A DNA stretch of 64,000 nucleotides from a virus: IMG/VR virus record IMGVR_UViG_3300025769_000069; one strand, given 5' to 3'. This document shows, piece by piece, positions 38,899 to 49,043 of the stretch (positions are counted from its first letter, which is position 1; every line of letters starts with the position of its first letter). The notes below the pieces were generated by a model. The model was not told where the DNA came from and did no database searches. It worked only from the letters and a program-made list of their open reading frames with translations. A program made the position numbers and the translations under genes.

Positions 38899-38980
38899 TA
38901 CTACCAGAAAATAATGCTACTAATATGCGCAAACAAATTTTGTGCATGTTATTTTTTACACATTTAAAGAGGTTCTCTCC

Positions 38981-41209
38981 ATGCTAAAAGTTGTTCCATC
39001 AAATTCAGACGTAAATACAAGACACCTAATGTCACAAACAAAGTTTTATGAAGGATATAGTAGATGGAATGATGAAAAAGACCGATATGAAACATGGGAA
39101 GAAGCAGTAACTCGTGTAATGAATATGCACCGAGAAACTTACAAAGACAAAATGTCTCCTGAATTATCTTTACTTATTGACGAAGCAGAATCACTATATA
39201 AACTACAATATGCTCTAGGGGCTCAACGTGCATTGCAATTCGGCGGTGAACAACTGAAAAAACATCAGATGAGAATGTACAATTGTACTTCATCATATGC
39301 AGATCGTCCAGCATTCTTTGGCGAGCTATTTTATATCCTTCTCTGTGGGGCTGGCGCCGGCTTCTCAGTGCAGAATCATCACGTTGCTAAGTTGCCTGAT
39401 GTCGCGGAGAGAAAGAAACAGGCAAAGGGCTACGTGATTGAGGACTCAATTGAAGGTTGGGCAGATTCGCTATCAGTTTTAATGTCATCATACTTTGTTG
39501 GTGGTGGTACTCACCCAGAGTTTGAAGGTCGTAAAGTTTATTTTGATTTGCAAAACATTCGTCCAAAAGGCGCTAAGATTTCTGGTGGATTTAAAGCACC
39601 AGGACCAGAGCCACTACGTAAGGCCTTAGATAAAATTGAACATATGATTCAGGGTGTTGTACTATCTGGACGTAATAGACTAAAACCAATTGAAGTATAT
39701 GATATTGCTATGCATGCTGCGGATGCAGTGTTGGCAGGTGGCGTTCGTCGATCCGCAACAATTTGTTTATTCAGCCCAGATGATGAGGAGATGATTAATG
39801 CTAAAACTGGTAATTGGTTTACTGATAATCCTCAGCGTGGCCGTTCTAACAATAGTGCAGTTATTGTTAGAGATGAGATCACAAAAGAAGAATTTAAAAA
39901 GATTATGGGCTCGATCAAAGAGTTCGGTGAACCTGGTTTCTACTTCGTCGAAGATAAAGACTTCACCACAAATCCTTGCGTGGAGATTGGAATGTATCCG
40001 CAGCTTGATGGACAATCCGGATGGCAAGGATGTAACCTCACAGAAATTAATGGTGGAAAGTGTACAACAAAAGAAGAGTTCTTTAAAGCCTGTCGAGCAG
40101 GAGCAATCATGGGAACTCTCCAAGCTGGATACACAGACTTCAAATATCTTAGTGAAACATCTAAAGCAATCTTTGAACGCGAAGCGCTCTTAGGCGTATC
40201 AATTACTGGTTGGATGAATAATCCTGATGTATTGCTTGATAGCGATATTCAGCAACAAGGCGCGGAAATCGTAAAGGCAGTAAATAAAGAAGTAGCAGAA
40301 CTAATTGGTATTAATCCAGCAGCTCGTACTACTTGCGTTAAGCCATCTGGTAACGCCTCAGTTCTACTCCAGACGGCCTCTGGCATTCACGCAGAGCACG
40401 CTCCAATGTACCTAAGACACATTCAGTTGAACAAAGAATCAGAAGTAGCGCAACTCATCTCGAAGGCAAATCCTTACATGGTTGAAGAATCAGTATGGTC
40501 TTCAAACAATACTGATTATTGTATTGCTTTCCCAATTATATCACCAGAAGATTCAATTTATCGTGAAGAGCTTTATGGCGTAGATCTTTTAGAAAAAGTT
40601 AAAAAGGTTCAACAAAACTGGGTAGAAGCAGGTACTAATGAAGAGTTATGTGCTGATCCTCGTGTTCGTCATAACGTATCAAATACAGTTACAGTAATGC
40701 CACATATGTGGTCTCAAGTAGAGGATTATGTATATGACAACCGCCATAGTTTTGCTGGTATTAGTTTCTTGGCTGGGTCTGGTGATAAAGACTTTGCTCA
40801 AGCCCCAATGACTGAAGTAATGTCTGAAGAAAAGATTGTAAAGAAATATGGTAAAGCTGCTCTTTTTGCATCTGGCCTTATTGTTGATACTCGTAAGCAA
40901 GGATTCAGAGATTTATGGGAAGCTTGTTCAGTAGCACAAATGCCAGAAGAATGGAGAGGAGAAGTTTCTGATATTCGAGCCGAATGGATCCGTAGGTTTA
41001 AAAAGTTTGCAGACAACTATTTTATGGGTGATACGAAAGAAGCTGAATATTGTTTAAAGGATGTATTTAATCTTCATAAATGGTCTAAGATTCAACAAAA
41101 CTTTTCTCCAGTAGATTTTGTTACTCAACTAAGTGAAAAACGTTTTACAGATATAGATACAATGGGTGCCGCGGCATGTCAAGGCGGCGCCTGCGAAATT
41201 ACATTTTAG
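38981..41209 (+). CDS. nrdJ: Class II (adenosylcobalamin-dependent) ribonucleotide reductase
   Basis: AGGVRRSA, TNPCVEI, CNLTE, KPSG, C-terminal CQGGACE. Confidence 0.93.
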   Translation: MLKVVPSNSDVNTRHLMSQTKFYEGYSRWNDEKDRYETWEEAVTRVMNMHRETYKDKMSPELSLLIDEAESLYKLQYALGAQRALQFGGEQLKKHQMRMYNCTSSYADRPAFFGELFYILLCGAGAGFSVQNHHVAKLPDVAERKKQAKGYVIEDSIEGWADSLSVLMSSYFVGGGTHPEFEGRKVYFDLQNIRPKGAKISGGFKAPGPEPLRKALDKIEHMIQGVVLSGRNRLKPIEVYDIAMHAADAVLAGGVRRSATICLFSPDDEEMINAKTGNWFTDNPQRGRSNNSAVIVRDEITKEEFKKIMGSIKEFGEPGFYFVEDKDFTTNPCVEIGMYPQLDGQSGWQGCNLTEINGGKCTTKEEFFKACRAGAIMGTLQAGYTDFKYLSETSKAIFEREALLGVSITGWMNNPDVLLDSDIQQQGAEIVKAVNKEVAELIGINPAARTTCVKPSGNASVLLQTASGIHAEHAPMYLRHIQLNKESEVAQLISKANPYMVEESVWSSNNTDYCIAFPIISPEDSIYREELYGVDLLEKVKKVQQNWVEAGTNEELCADPRVRHNVSNTVTVMPHMWSQVEDYVYDNRHSFAGISFLAGSGDKDFAQAPMTEVMSEEKIVKKYGKAALFASGLIVDTRKQGFRDLWEACSVAQMPEEWRGEVSDIRAEWIRRFKKFADNYFMGDTKEAEYCLKDVFNLHKWSKIQQNFSPVDFVTQLSEKRFTDIDTMGAAACQGGACEITF

Positions 41210-41219
41210 GAGTTAATGT

Positions 41220-41450
41220 ATGATTAGTGAATTAGGCGAGAACCCAAATTCTTGGTATGCGCAATGTGATGCGTGTAACGTTGTAACACTCGTGATTTTT
41301 AATAAAAAAGAGTATAATGCGGAATATTGTCCGAGCTGTGGACATCTTGCTGATTGGGGTAAAAGTGATGATTTTGATGAGGCTTCAGAGGAGTTTTACT
41401 TGATGGCTAAAGCAGCGGTGGATGATGATGGTCCAGAGTCGTGGGTATAA
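41220..41450 (+). CDS. Zinc-ribbon protein
   Basis: CDAC...CPSCG. Confidence 0.65.
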   Translation: MISELGENPNSWYAQCDACNVVTLVIFNKKEYNAEYCPSCGHLADWGKSDDFDEASEEFYLMAKAAVDDDGPESWV

Positions 41451-41471
41451 ACTAGAGAAAATATAATATAA

Positions 41472-41903
41472 ATGTGGTATTATAACGGACAGCCTTTCGA
41501 TCAGGCTCCGGAAGAATATCATGGGTTTGTCTATATGATTCATGATTTGCGCAATAGTAAAAAATATATTGGCAAAAAATTCTTTTGGAAACCAAAAACA
41601 CTTCCTCCTCTTAAAGGTAAAAAGAGAAAAAGAAGATCTATAGTAGAAAGTGATTGGAAAAAATATTATGGATCCAATGCTGAGTTACAAGATTTAGTTG
41701 AACAATCTGGGCCAGATAATTTCAATAGAGAAATACTCAAACTTTGCAAGACAAAAGGCGAATGCTCATATTATGAGATGAAATATCAATTCATGTTTGA
41801 TGTTCTACTAAAACCAGATGAATACTACAATTCTTTTATTGGAGGAAAAATTCATCGAAAGCATATTTTAGGTTTACAATCAGATGAAAATATGATAGAA
41901 TAA
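41472..41903 (+). CDS. GIY-YIG family endonuclease
   Basis: GFVY...KYIGKK...YYGS...F.REIL...YYN. Confidence 0.85.
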   Translation: MWYYNGQPFDQAPEEYHGFVYMIHDLRNSKKYIGKKFFWKPKTLPPLKGKKRKRRSIVESDWKKYYGSNAELQDLVEQSGPDNFNREILKLCKTKGECSYYEMKYQFMFDVLLKPDEYYNSFIGGKIHRKHILGLQSDENMIE

Positions 41904-41927
41904 GATCATGATTAAAGGAGATTTATC

Positions 41928-42770
41928 ATGATTATTATTGACTACAATGGCATTGCAATCAGCAATATTGTAACTCAAAAGCTTGACATTGATGAAAACT
42001 TAATTCGTCATATGATTCTAAATTCTATTCGTATGTACCGATCTAAATTTAAAGATAAATTTGGTGAGGTAGTAATTGCAAGTGATGCTGGTAACAATTG
42101 GCGATATCAAGCATTTCCACAATACAAAGCATCTCGTAAGAAAAACCGTAAAGAATCCAAAATGGATTGGAACGAAGTCTTTCGTATTACCAATATGGTG
42201 TGGGATGAGCTTACAGAAAATTTCCCATATAAAACAATTAAGGTTAATGGCTGTGAGGCTGATGACATTATTGGTGTCCTTGCATACAATACTCAAGAGT
42301 TTGGTCAACATGAAGATGTTATGATTATTTCTGCTGATAAAGATTTTGCACAATTACAAAAATTTGACAATGTGTCACAGTTTTCTCCTATGCAAAAGAA
42401 ATATATAAAAGTAGAACATCCAAGAAAGCAATTACTAGAATTGATTTTAAAGGGTGATACATCTGATGGCGTACCCAATGTATTGTCGGGAGATAATGTG
42501 TTTGTAGACGGTGAAAGACAGACTCCATTACGTAAGCCAGTTATGGAAGCGTTAATGGAAGATCCTTCTTCTCAAGGACCTGATGTTCTACGGAACATTC
42601 AGCGAAATCGTAAACTCATTGATCTTAGTTCAACTCCACAAGAATTAAAAGACGAGATCTTGAGCTGTTTTAATAGCCAAGATAAATATGAATATAGAGG
42701 TAAGGTATTTCCTTATCTAGTTGAAAAACGTTGTCGACGTTTAATAGATGATATTAAGGATTTTATTTGA
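41928..42770 (+). CDS. rnh: T4 RNase H / 5'-3' exonuclease
   Basis: YKASR, EADDII, SADKDF.QL, GDTSDGVPN. Confidence 0.93.
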   Translation: MIIIDYNGIAISNIVTQKLDIDENLIRHMILNSIRMYRSKFKDKFGEVVIASDAGNNWRYQAFPQYKASRKKNRKESKMDWNEVFRITNMVWDELTENFPYKTIKVNGCEADDIIGVLAYNTQEFGQHEDVMIISADKDFAQLQKFDNVSQFSPMQKKYIKVEHPRKQLLELILKGDTSDGVPNVLSGDNVFVDGERQTPLRKPVMEALMEDPSSQGPDVLRNIQRNRKLIDLSSTPQELKDEILSCFNSQDKYEYRGKVFPYLVEKRCRRLIDDIKDFI

Positions 42771-43201
42771 TGGTTAATAAAGTTTCACTACATGTGTTCG
42801 AGATTATTGATAAAGCTCAAAAGGCTAAAACTCGAAAAGAAAAAATTACAGTTTTACAAGAGAATGAATGTTGGGCTTTAAAAGATTTTTTACGTGGTTC
42901 TTTTGATGATATTGTTCAATGGAATCTACCTCCAGGGGCGCCACCATATGAACCAGCGAAAGAAGATTCAGTTCCATCTTCTTTACATAAACAGCATACA
43001 AAATTTAAGCATTTCGTAAAAGGGCTTGAGGGTGACAAGCTCCCTAGCATTCGCCGTGAGCGGATGTTCATTGATATGTTAGAAGCGATTCATCCAACCG
43101 ACGCTGATTTACTAATTAAGATGAAAGACAAAGAACCTATGGGAGGAGGCATCACAAAAAAATTAGTACAAGAGGCATTTCCTAAACTCATAGTAAAATA
43201 A
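42770..43201 (+). CDS. Conserved T4-like hypothetical protein
   Basis: LPPGAPPY, RERMFIDMLEAIHP. Confidence 0.75.
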   Translation: MVNKVSLHVFEIIDKAQKAKTRKEKITVLQENECWALKDFLRGSFDDIVQWNLPPGAPPYEPAKEDSVPSSLHKQHTKFKHFVKGLEGDKLPSIRRERMFIDMLEAIHPTDADLLIKMKDKEPMGGGITKKLVQEAFPKLIVK

Positions 43202-43436
43202 AAATAGGAGATTGCATGACTGCTCAGTTTGAGAGACTCAATCAAGACGTTGCTGAACTAGAAACATATATTCAAAAACTCAAAAAGAGAAAGAGGGTAG
43301 ATGAAAGTTTAATAAGTAAACTAAGAAAGAAAAAAGAGTTTTTAATTAATCATATAACTGAGAAACAATACTTAATGCAATAGGAGGTCAATCCAGTCGG
43401 GATCTCCCATCCCGACTGGTAACCTAGGAAAAAATT

Positions 43437-43670
43437 ATGCCAACATATACATTAAAAGATTTGAAAACATTAGATCAATGGGATATTTTTTGTTCTTATG
43501 AAGAACTACAAATTATCTTAAACGAATTACCAAATGTCCAACAAGTATTATCCGCTCCTAAGATTGTTGGCGGGGTTGGTAATTTACATTCTAAAGTACC
43601 AGATGGATTTAAAGATGTGTTAAGTAGAGTAAAAAAAGGTTCATCAAGAAATAATACGATAAATTCATAA
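43437..43670 (+). CDS. FmdB-like small protein
   Basis: MPTY...APKIV...PDGFKDVL. Confidence 0.65.
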   Translation: MPTYTLKDLKTLDQWDIFCSYEELQIILNELPNVQQVLSAPKIVGGVGNLHSKVPDGFKDVLSRVKKGSSRNNTINS

Positions 43671-44356
43671 TGGCAAAAAATAATTCTTTAACTGTAAAGC
43701 TCGACGACTTAATGGAGTATGAGCCTATTACTCTGAATCAACAAACAGCTTTTGAAGCTTGGGATGAAGGAGATAATTTAGTTTTAGCCGGATCAGCTGG
43801 TACAGGTAAAACATTTATTGCAATGTACATGGCACTTGAAGAAATGCTAGAAGCAGACAATTATTATCGAAGAATAATTATCATTCGATCTGCGGTACCA
43901 ACAAGAGACATGGGATTTCTACCAGGAAATGCTGAAGAAAAGAAGCAAATGTACATGCTTCCTTATAAGAATATATGCACAGAATTATTTAATGATAAAG
44001 CTTCATGGGGAAAAATGACAAATTCTGGTCAGATTCAATTTGAATCGACATCATTTATTAGAGGAGCCACATTCGACGACTCAATTATTATTGTAGACGA
44101 AATGCAGAATTTAAATTTCCATGAATTAGATTCTGTTATCACAAGAGTTGGCCGGAATTCAAAAATTATATTCTGTGGCGATTATCGTCAGACAGATTTT
44201 AGATTTGATGATGAAAAAGAAGGTATCTTTAAATTTATGAGAATTATGGAACAGATGAAAAACTTTTCTATAATTACATTTGGATGGGATGATATTGTTC
44301 GCTCTGGTATGGTAAGAGATTACATTATGACAAAGGAAATGTTGGAGATAAACTAA
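43670..44356 (+). CDS. phoH: PhoH family ATPase
   Basis: GSAGTGKT, GFLPG, RGATF, DEMQN, GDYRQ, IVRSG. Confidence 0.95.
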   Translation: MAKNNSLTVKLDDLMEYEPITLNQQTAFEAWDEGDNLVLAGSAGTGKTFIAMYMALEEMLEADNYYRRIIIIRSAVPTRDMGFLPGNAEEKKQMYMLPYKNICTELFNDKASWGKMTNSGQIQFESTSFIRGATFDDSIIIVDEMQNLNFHELDSVITRVGRNSKIIFCGDYRQTDFRFDDEKEGIFKFMRIMEQMKNFSIITFGWDDIVRSGMVRDYIMTKEMLEIN

Positions 44357-44604
44357 TGATTACTATTTACGGAGATCTCAATTGTATATGGTGCGAAAGA
44401 GCTAAAGATTTATGTAAGCAATATGATATGGCTTTTACATATAAACAAATCAGAGATCCAGGAATCTTTGATGAATTACAGGAACAAGTTCCTGGCGTAA
44501 AAACTGTGCCACAAATATTTTGGCATGGAAAACACATTGGTGGATATAATGAGTTTACCAGTGAAATTGAAAATACTCGAAACTTTGGACAGGAAAAAAT
44601 TTAA
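44356..44604 (+). CDS. Glutaredoxin
   Basis: CIWC, TVPQIF, IGGY. Confidence 0.92.
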   Translation: MITIYGDLNCIWCERAKDLCKQYDMAFTYKQIRDPGIFDELQEQVPGVKTVPQIFWHGKHIGGYNEFTSEIENTRNFGQEKI

Positions 44605-44777
44605 TGGCTAAATTTAGTCGCTTTGATTCCAGAAATAAAAAACGTGGAAAACACAAATCTCAATCACTAGAGCGGGATTTGCGGCGGATTCGAAAACAAA
44701 CTTCAGTAAAAAAAATTAAATTTAATGCTAAATTATATAATGAAACGTATGTCACACAAGAGCAAGAAATTATTTAA
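44604..44777 (+). CDS. Small basic hypothetical protein
   Basis: TAATG coupling, MAKFSRFDSRNKK. Confidence 0.55.
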   Translation: MAKFSRFDSRNKKRGKHKSQSLERDLRRIRKQTSVKKIKFNAKLYNETYVTQEQEII

Positions 44778-45114
44778 GTATATTGAACGCATCGCTATAG
44801 CATTCAGTGTTCTCCTAAATGTAATTTTAGGAGGGAGTTCAAATCAAACTCTATCAGCTAGACAATATCAAAGAAAAAAAGAAAAAAAAGTCAATGGTGT
44901 TTGGCTAATCGATTTCATATTCTTTTTCGATCCAGAACATTGTATGATGTCATGGTTGTATTGGAACACACATCAAAATATTAGAAAAGTGAAAAATAAC
45001 TATGTACAACGCACCCAAGATATGGTAGAATACAAATATAATGATGGAGAAAGGATATTAGATGAACAACCTAAACAAAGTGATCTTGACAGACTGCGAT
45101 GGCGTATTACTTAA
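44725..45114 (+). CDS. Hypothetical membrane protein
   Basis: SVLLNVILGG...TLSAR...EHC; start uncertain. Confidence 0.6.
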   Translation: MLNYIMKRMSHKSKKLFKYIERIAIAFSVLLNVILGGSSNQTLSARQYQRKKEKKVNGVWLIDFIFFFDPEHCMMSWLYWNTHQNIRKVKNNYVQRTQDMVEYKYNDGERILDEQPKQSDLDRLRWRIT

Positions 45115-45643
45115 TTGGGAGTATGCATTCAATATTTGGATGCAACGGAAAGGATACGAATTAGTTCCTGGTGGAGAAAATAAATATGATATGGGCGATC
45201 GCTATGGACTTAGCGATGAATTAAAAAAGAATTTATGTCGCCACTTTAATGAATCTGCTACCATGGGATTCTTACCTCCTCTTCGAGATGCTATGTACTA
45301 TGTTGATCTATTACATCGTAAACATGGTTATGTATTTCATATGATTACTGCTCTTAGTCTTGATCCAAATGCTCAAGCTCTACGAATTCAAAATACAAAA
45401 AAGCTGTTCGGCGAAACTGCTTTTGAAAAATTTGTGTTTTGTGATACTGGCGCAGATAAAGATGAAGTACTAGAACCCTACCGGGATAGTGGTCTTATTT
45501 GGATAGAAGATAAAATAGAGAATGCCGAGCTTGGAGCTAGTTTAGGATTAGAGTCTCTTTTAATTGAACATGGACATAACATGGATTATAAAGGTCTTCC
45601 ATTGATGAAAAACTGGAAAGAAATATATGAATACTTATCATAA
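45062..45643 (+). CDS. HAD-family phosphatase (5'-nucleotidase-like)
   Basis: DCDGVL, WIEDK. Confidence 0.82.
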   Translation: MNNLNKVILTDCDGVLLNWEYAFNIWMQRKGYELVPGGENKYDMGDRYGLSDELKKNLCRHFNESATMGFLPPLRDAMYYVDLLHRKHGYVFHMITALSLDPNAQALRIQNTKKLFGETAFEKFVFCDTGADKDEVLEPYRDSGLIWIEDKIENAELGASLGLESLLIEHGHNMDYKGLPLMKNWKEIYEYLS

Positions 45644-46187
45644 ACACCACGATATTTACATTAAGTCTTGGGTGAGAGAATATCAATTAAATTTTGATCA
45701 AAGTTATTTGAGACGATGCGAAACTCTTATAAAACAAGAAGGGGATAAGCAAGATCATGTTACAAACATAAAATGTAATATGACAGATTGGCATTTTATA
45801 ATAAATGAACCTCATTATGCTCCATTACTGGAAGAGATAGAAACAATTGCTGAATCTATTATGACAGATTTTAAACGTTATCCGCATCTTAAGTTATGTG
45901 ATTGTTGGGGAGCAAGTTATAAAAAAGAAGAGTTTGCTATACCTCATAATCATCAAGAAGCACAAGTGGCTTTCACTTATTATATAAAAGCTGAAGATGG
46001 TAGTGCGCCATTACATTTTTTTGAAAATATGGAAAGCCCCCAGCCTATTTTAGAAATACAACCTAAGCAGAATCTGTTGGTATTGTTTAATGGCGCGGCA
46101 GACCACGGCGTACCTCCACAAAAAACAGATGCAGAACGCGTAGTTATCGCCGGAAATTTTTTGGTATCTTCACCATGGGAAACATAA
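45627..46187 (+). CDS. Putative 2OG-Fe(II) oxygenase
   Basis: PHNH...YY...HGVP...RVVIAGN. Confidence 0.78.
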   Translation: MNTYHKHHDIYIKSWVREYQLNFDQSYLRRCETLIKQEGDKQDHVTNIKCNMTDWHFIINEPHYAPLLEEIETIAESIMTDFKRYPHLKLCDCWGASYKKEEFAIPHNHQEAQVAFTYYIKAEDGSAPLHFFENMESPQPILEIQPKQNLLVLFNGAADHGVPPQKTDAERVVIAGNFLVSSPWET

Positions 46188-46432
46188 TGACAATATTTGA
46201 ATGCTTGAATTTGAGAACAGAATTTGAAAATATTATTCAATATAGAAAATCTTATAATTTGCCTACACTTGATAGTGATATACATAGTCTTGTATATTTC
46301 ATGGAAACAGGTTATAAAAAGAACCGACTTAGGAAAGATGCAAATAGAGCTTTAAAAATTGCTGAAATGATTATAGAAAGTTATGAAAATGAAAACCCTA
46401 ATCTATCAAGTCTATACGGGAAAACGCTCTAA
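46187..46432 (+). CDS. Hypothetical protein
   Basis: Coupled ORF. Confidence 0.6.
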   Translation: MTIFECLNLRTEFENIIQYRKSYNLPTLDSDIHSLVYFMETGYKKNRLRKDANRALKIAEMIIESYENENPNLSSLYGKTL

Positions 46433-47180
46433 ACTGTATGACCATTGTACTCAATCAGTAAAAGATTATGCTAACAGAATAGGGGCTGACTATGAATGTC
46501 AGCGTACTCCTATTTTGATGATACGTCCAGATCCATTTACAACAAATAGGAGTAAAGAATCATATGAGAAATATGGTGGGTTTCTTCCAATTTATGAAAA
46601 GGAAAATGCCTTTACGTACCTTAAATCCTATGATCAGGTGGCCATTATTGATGCTGATGTTTTTGTTAGGCCTGAGTGTAATGATTCTATATTCACTGAT
46701 GCTGGCACTGATTGCCACTTCGCTGGCGTCTTAGAACGTGATATGCCTATTACGAATGAATATACTCAAAAATTAGCTAACTATACTCGTATGCAATATA
46801 TGCAATCTCCACAAATAAAAAATCTATTTAATTGGAAGCATAAAGCTGGTGCTGACTTCTATAACATGGGTATTATGGTTTTAAACAAATCAATTGCTAA
46901 ATACCTGAGAGGTGAAACGCCTAAACAATTTCTATCACGTCCAGAATTTAAACCATTTATTGATGGTATGGGCGCATGGAAATGGTCTACTGACCAAACA
47001 CTATTAAATGTTTGGGTTAAAGAAGAAAAGATGAAAGTGAATAATCTCCATTGGAAATGGAATGGTTTGTTTACTGCAAATACAAAGATTAAGCATTGCA
47101 ATTTTGTTCATTTCTTTTTAAAAGACAAGCTGCCTAATCGTGGTGAGAACGTAGAAGAACTAATGAAAGCAATTGGATGA
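46389..47180 (+). CDS. GT-A glycosyltransferase (GT8/GT34-like)
   Basis: IDAD, YNMG, DQTLLN, FVHF. Confidence 0.8.
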   Translation: MKTLIYQVYTGKRSKLYDHCTQSVKDYANRIGADYECQRTPILMIRPDPFTTNRSKESYEKYGGFLPIYEKENAFTYLKSYDQVAIIDADVFVRPECNDSIFTDAGTDCHFAGVLERDMPITNEYTQKLANYTRMQYMQSPQIKNLFNWKHKAGADFYNMGIMVLNKSIAKYLRGETPKQFLSRPEFKPFIDGMGAWKWSTDQTLLNVWVKEEKMKVNNLHWKWNGLFTANTKIKHCNFVHFFLKDKLPNRGENVEELMKAIG

Positions 47181-47872
47181 AAGCTCAAATAACATATATT
47201 AGTCATTACTTTGATTCAATTACTCAGTCAGACCAAGCCATCAGAAGTTTTGACGCATTTAAAAATTGGGAAGTGGAAAAAACGCCTGGAGTAACACCAG
47301 AAACAGTAAAGAGCCAATTTGAATATAATATTCCAATTAAAGAAAACAGTCGTCTATTAGATTTTAAGAAAGAAGACACTCTTAGATATTTGACTAAGTT
47401 AAGTTGTGTAATCAATCATGTAAAATTTTTTAGAAGAGTAATAGCAGCTGATGAACCAATGGTTTTTCTAGAACATGATGCACTGTGCACTAGATCTTGG
47501 GTTGATGTAGACTTTGATGAATATCTTATATTGAATGCTGAATATGTATTTAAACCTCCTAATAAATTAGCTCTTAGACAATATAAGGATTATGTATGGC
47601 CAGGGACTAAAGGCGTATATGAAATGCAACAAGACTACAGGCTGACATACTATAGAGATAATAATTGGAATGGTAGTTTTATGGCTCCTGGTACAGGTGC
47701 GTATGCATTAACTCCAAAAGGAGCTAAAAGATTATTAGCTGCAGCTGAAAAAAACTTAGATCAATCGGATTTTCTCATCAACAGCTACAATGTGAATATG
47801 CAATATTTACTGCCTTCACCAATAAAATTTAATTCTGTTAATTTGAGTACTTCATATGGAATACAAATTTAA
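47177..47872 (+). CDS. GT25-like glycosyltransferase
   Basis: SC..NH, LEHDA, AYALTPKGAKRL. Confidence 0.8.
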   Translation: MKAQITYISHYFDSITQSDQAIRSFDAFKNWEVEKTPGVTPETVKSQFEYNIPIKENSRLLDFKKEDTLRYLTKLSCVINHVKFFRRVIAADEPMVFLEHDALCTRSWVDVDFDEYLILNAEYVFKPPNKLALRQYKDYVWPGTKGVYEMQQDYRLTYYRDNNWNGSFMAPGTGAYALTPKGAKRLLAAAEKNLDQSDFLINSYNVNMQYLLPSPIKFNSVNLSTSYGIQI

Positions 47873-48482
47873 AATACCCGATGGTTGCAAACACGCTCCA
47901 GAAGCTCTTCAAAATCTTGGAGCTTATAGTCTTGCTAAAAAGCATCTAAAAAATAATAGAACCGCTCTAGACATTGGTGGCCATATTGGCACGATGACTA
48001 GAATATTTTCAAATGATTTTGAACAAGTACATTCATTTGAACCATTATGGACAGAATATTTAAGAGAAAATACTTCAGATTTAAATAACGTTAAGATAGA
48101 ACCAGTAGGAATTGGTAATTCTATAAAAGAAGAAAAAATGTATATTTTACCAAGAAATACTGGTGGATCCACAATAGTAAAACATCCAAGGAGAACTTGG
48201 ATTTCTTCTGCTGAAGAAAAGAAAATTAACATATATCCTCTAGATCATTTTGAATTAGAGAACGTTGATTTCATAAAGATTGATGTTGAAAGCTATGAAT
48301 ACTTTGTGATTGATGGAGCTAGAAAAACTCTTGAGAAAAATTCTCCAGTCATAATGATTGAGTTTATCGAAAAATACGAACATCCAGAATTTACAGTTAA
48401 TGAGACAAAATTTTTACTTGATCAGCTTGGATATATTAGCGTTGGTTATGTCGATAGAGATTGGGTTTACATAAAGGAATAA
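47856..48482 (+). CDS. FkbM family methyltransferase
   Basis: DIGGHIG, FEP, FIKIDVESYE. Confidence 0.88.
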   Translation: MEYKFKIPDGCKHAPEALQNLGAYSLAKKHLKNNRTALDIGGHIGTMTRIFSNDFEQVHSFEPLWTEYLRENTSDLNNVKIEPVGIGNSIKEEKMYILPRNTGGSTIVKHPRRTWISSAEEKKINIYPLDHFELENVDFIKIDVESYEYFVIDGARKTLEKNSPVIMIEFIEKYEHPEFTVNETKFLLDQLGYISVGYVDRDWVYIKE

Positions 48483-48485
48483 AAA

Positions 48486-49043
48486 ATGCAACCATGGGAC
48501 TATTCAAAAGCTAAAGATATAGATGATGTAATCACTATTATTGAAGGCTTGTGTAATGAATCATTAAAAGCTAGATATGATGATCTATTTGAATATGCTG
48601 CTCAATGCGAGACTGCAATGGAATTTGGTATCAATCAAGGATCATCTTTAGCTGCGATTCTTAGAGCTGGCCCTAAAACAGTAATAGGAGTTGATGTCGA
48701 ATTAAAGCCCTATAATATTGGTGGACTTAAACCAATTATGGAAGAATACGCTAAGAAAGAAGACATTAATTTAAAAATAGTAAAAGGTGATTCGACAAAG
48801 ATTGCACCAGCAAACGTTGAATTTCTTCATATTGATAGCTTACATAGCCCTAAGCATTTAGAAAAAGAATTAAAGATTCATGCTCCATTTGTTTCCAAAT
48901 ATATTATGTTCCATGATATTAAACAAAAAGATTATGAACTAATGAAAGTAATTGAAAAATACGTTAGTAATAACCCAGAATGGGAAGTTATTGTTAAATA
49001 TGAAGTTGGTAAGTGTGGCCACGCTGTAATTAAAAGAAAATGA
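48486..49043 (+). CDS. Class I SAM methyltransferase (Methyltransf_24-like)
   Basis: EFGINQGSS, HIDSLH, FHD. Confidence 0.8.
   Translation: MQPWDYSKAKDIDDVITIIEGLCNESLKARYDDLFEYAAQCETAMEFGINQGSSLAAILRAGPKTVIGVDVELKPYNIGGLKPIMEEYAKKEDINLKIVKGDSTKIAPANVEFLHIDSLHSPKHLEKELKIHAPFVSKYIMFHDIKQKDYELMKVIEKYVSNNPEWEVIVKYEVGKCGHAVIKRK

Noticed and set aside
38899-38980. Cobalamin riboswitch or NrdR box upstream of nrdJ
   Set aside because: Gap is too short; only one imperfect hairpin (about 38921-38951), with no B12 box or convincing NrdR consensus
2-41209. Introns or inteins in pol, uvsX, gp41, thyX or nrdJ
   Set aside because: All frames are continuous and of expected length, with no splice or intein motifs
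41472-41903. Mobile homing endonuclease
   Set aside because: Only a compact GIY-YIG domain with no DNA-binding extension; looks like a conserved core nuclease next to rnh
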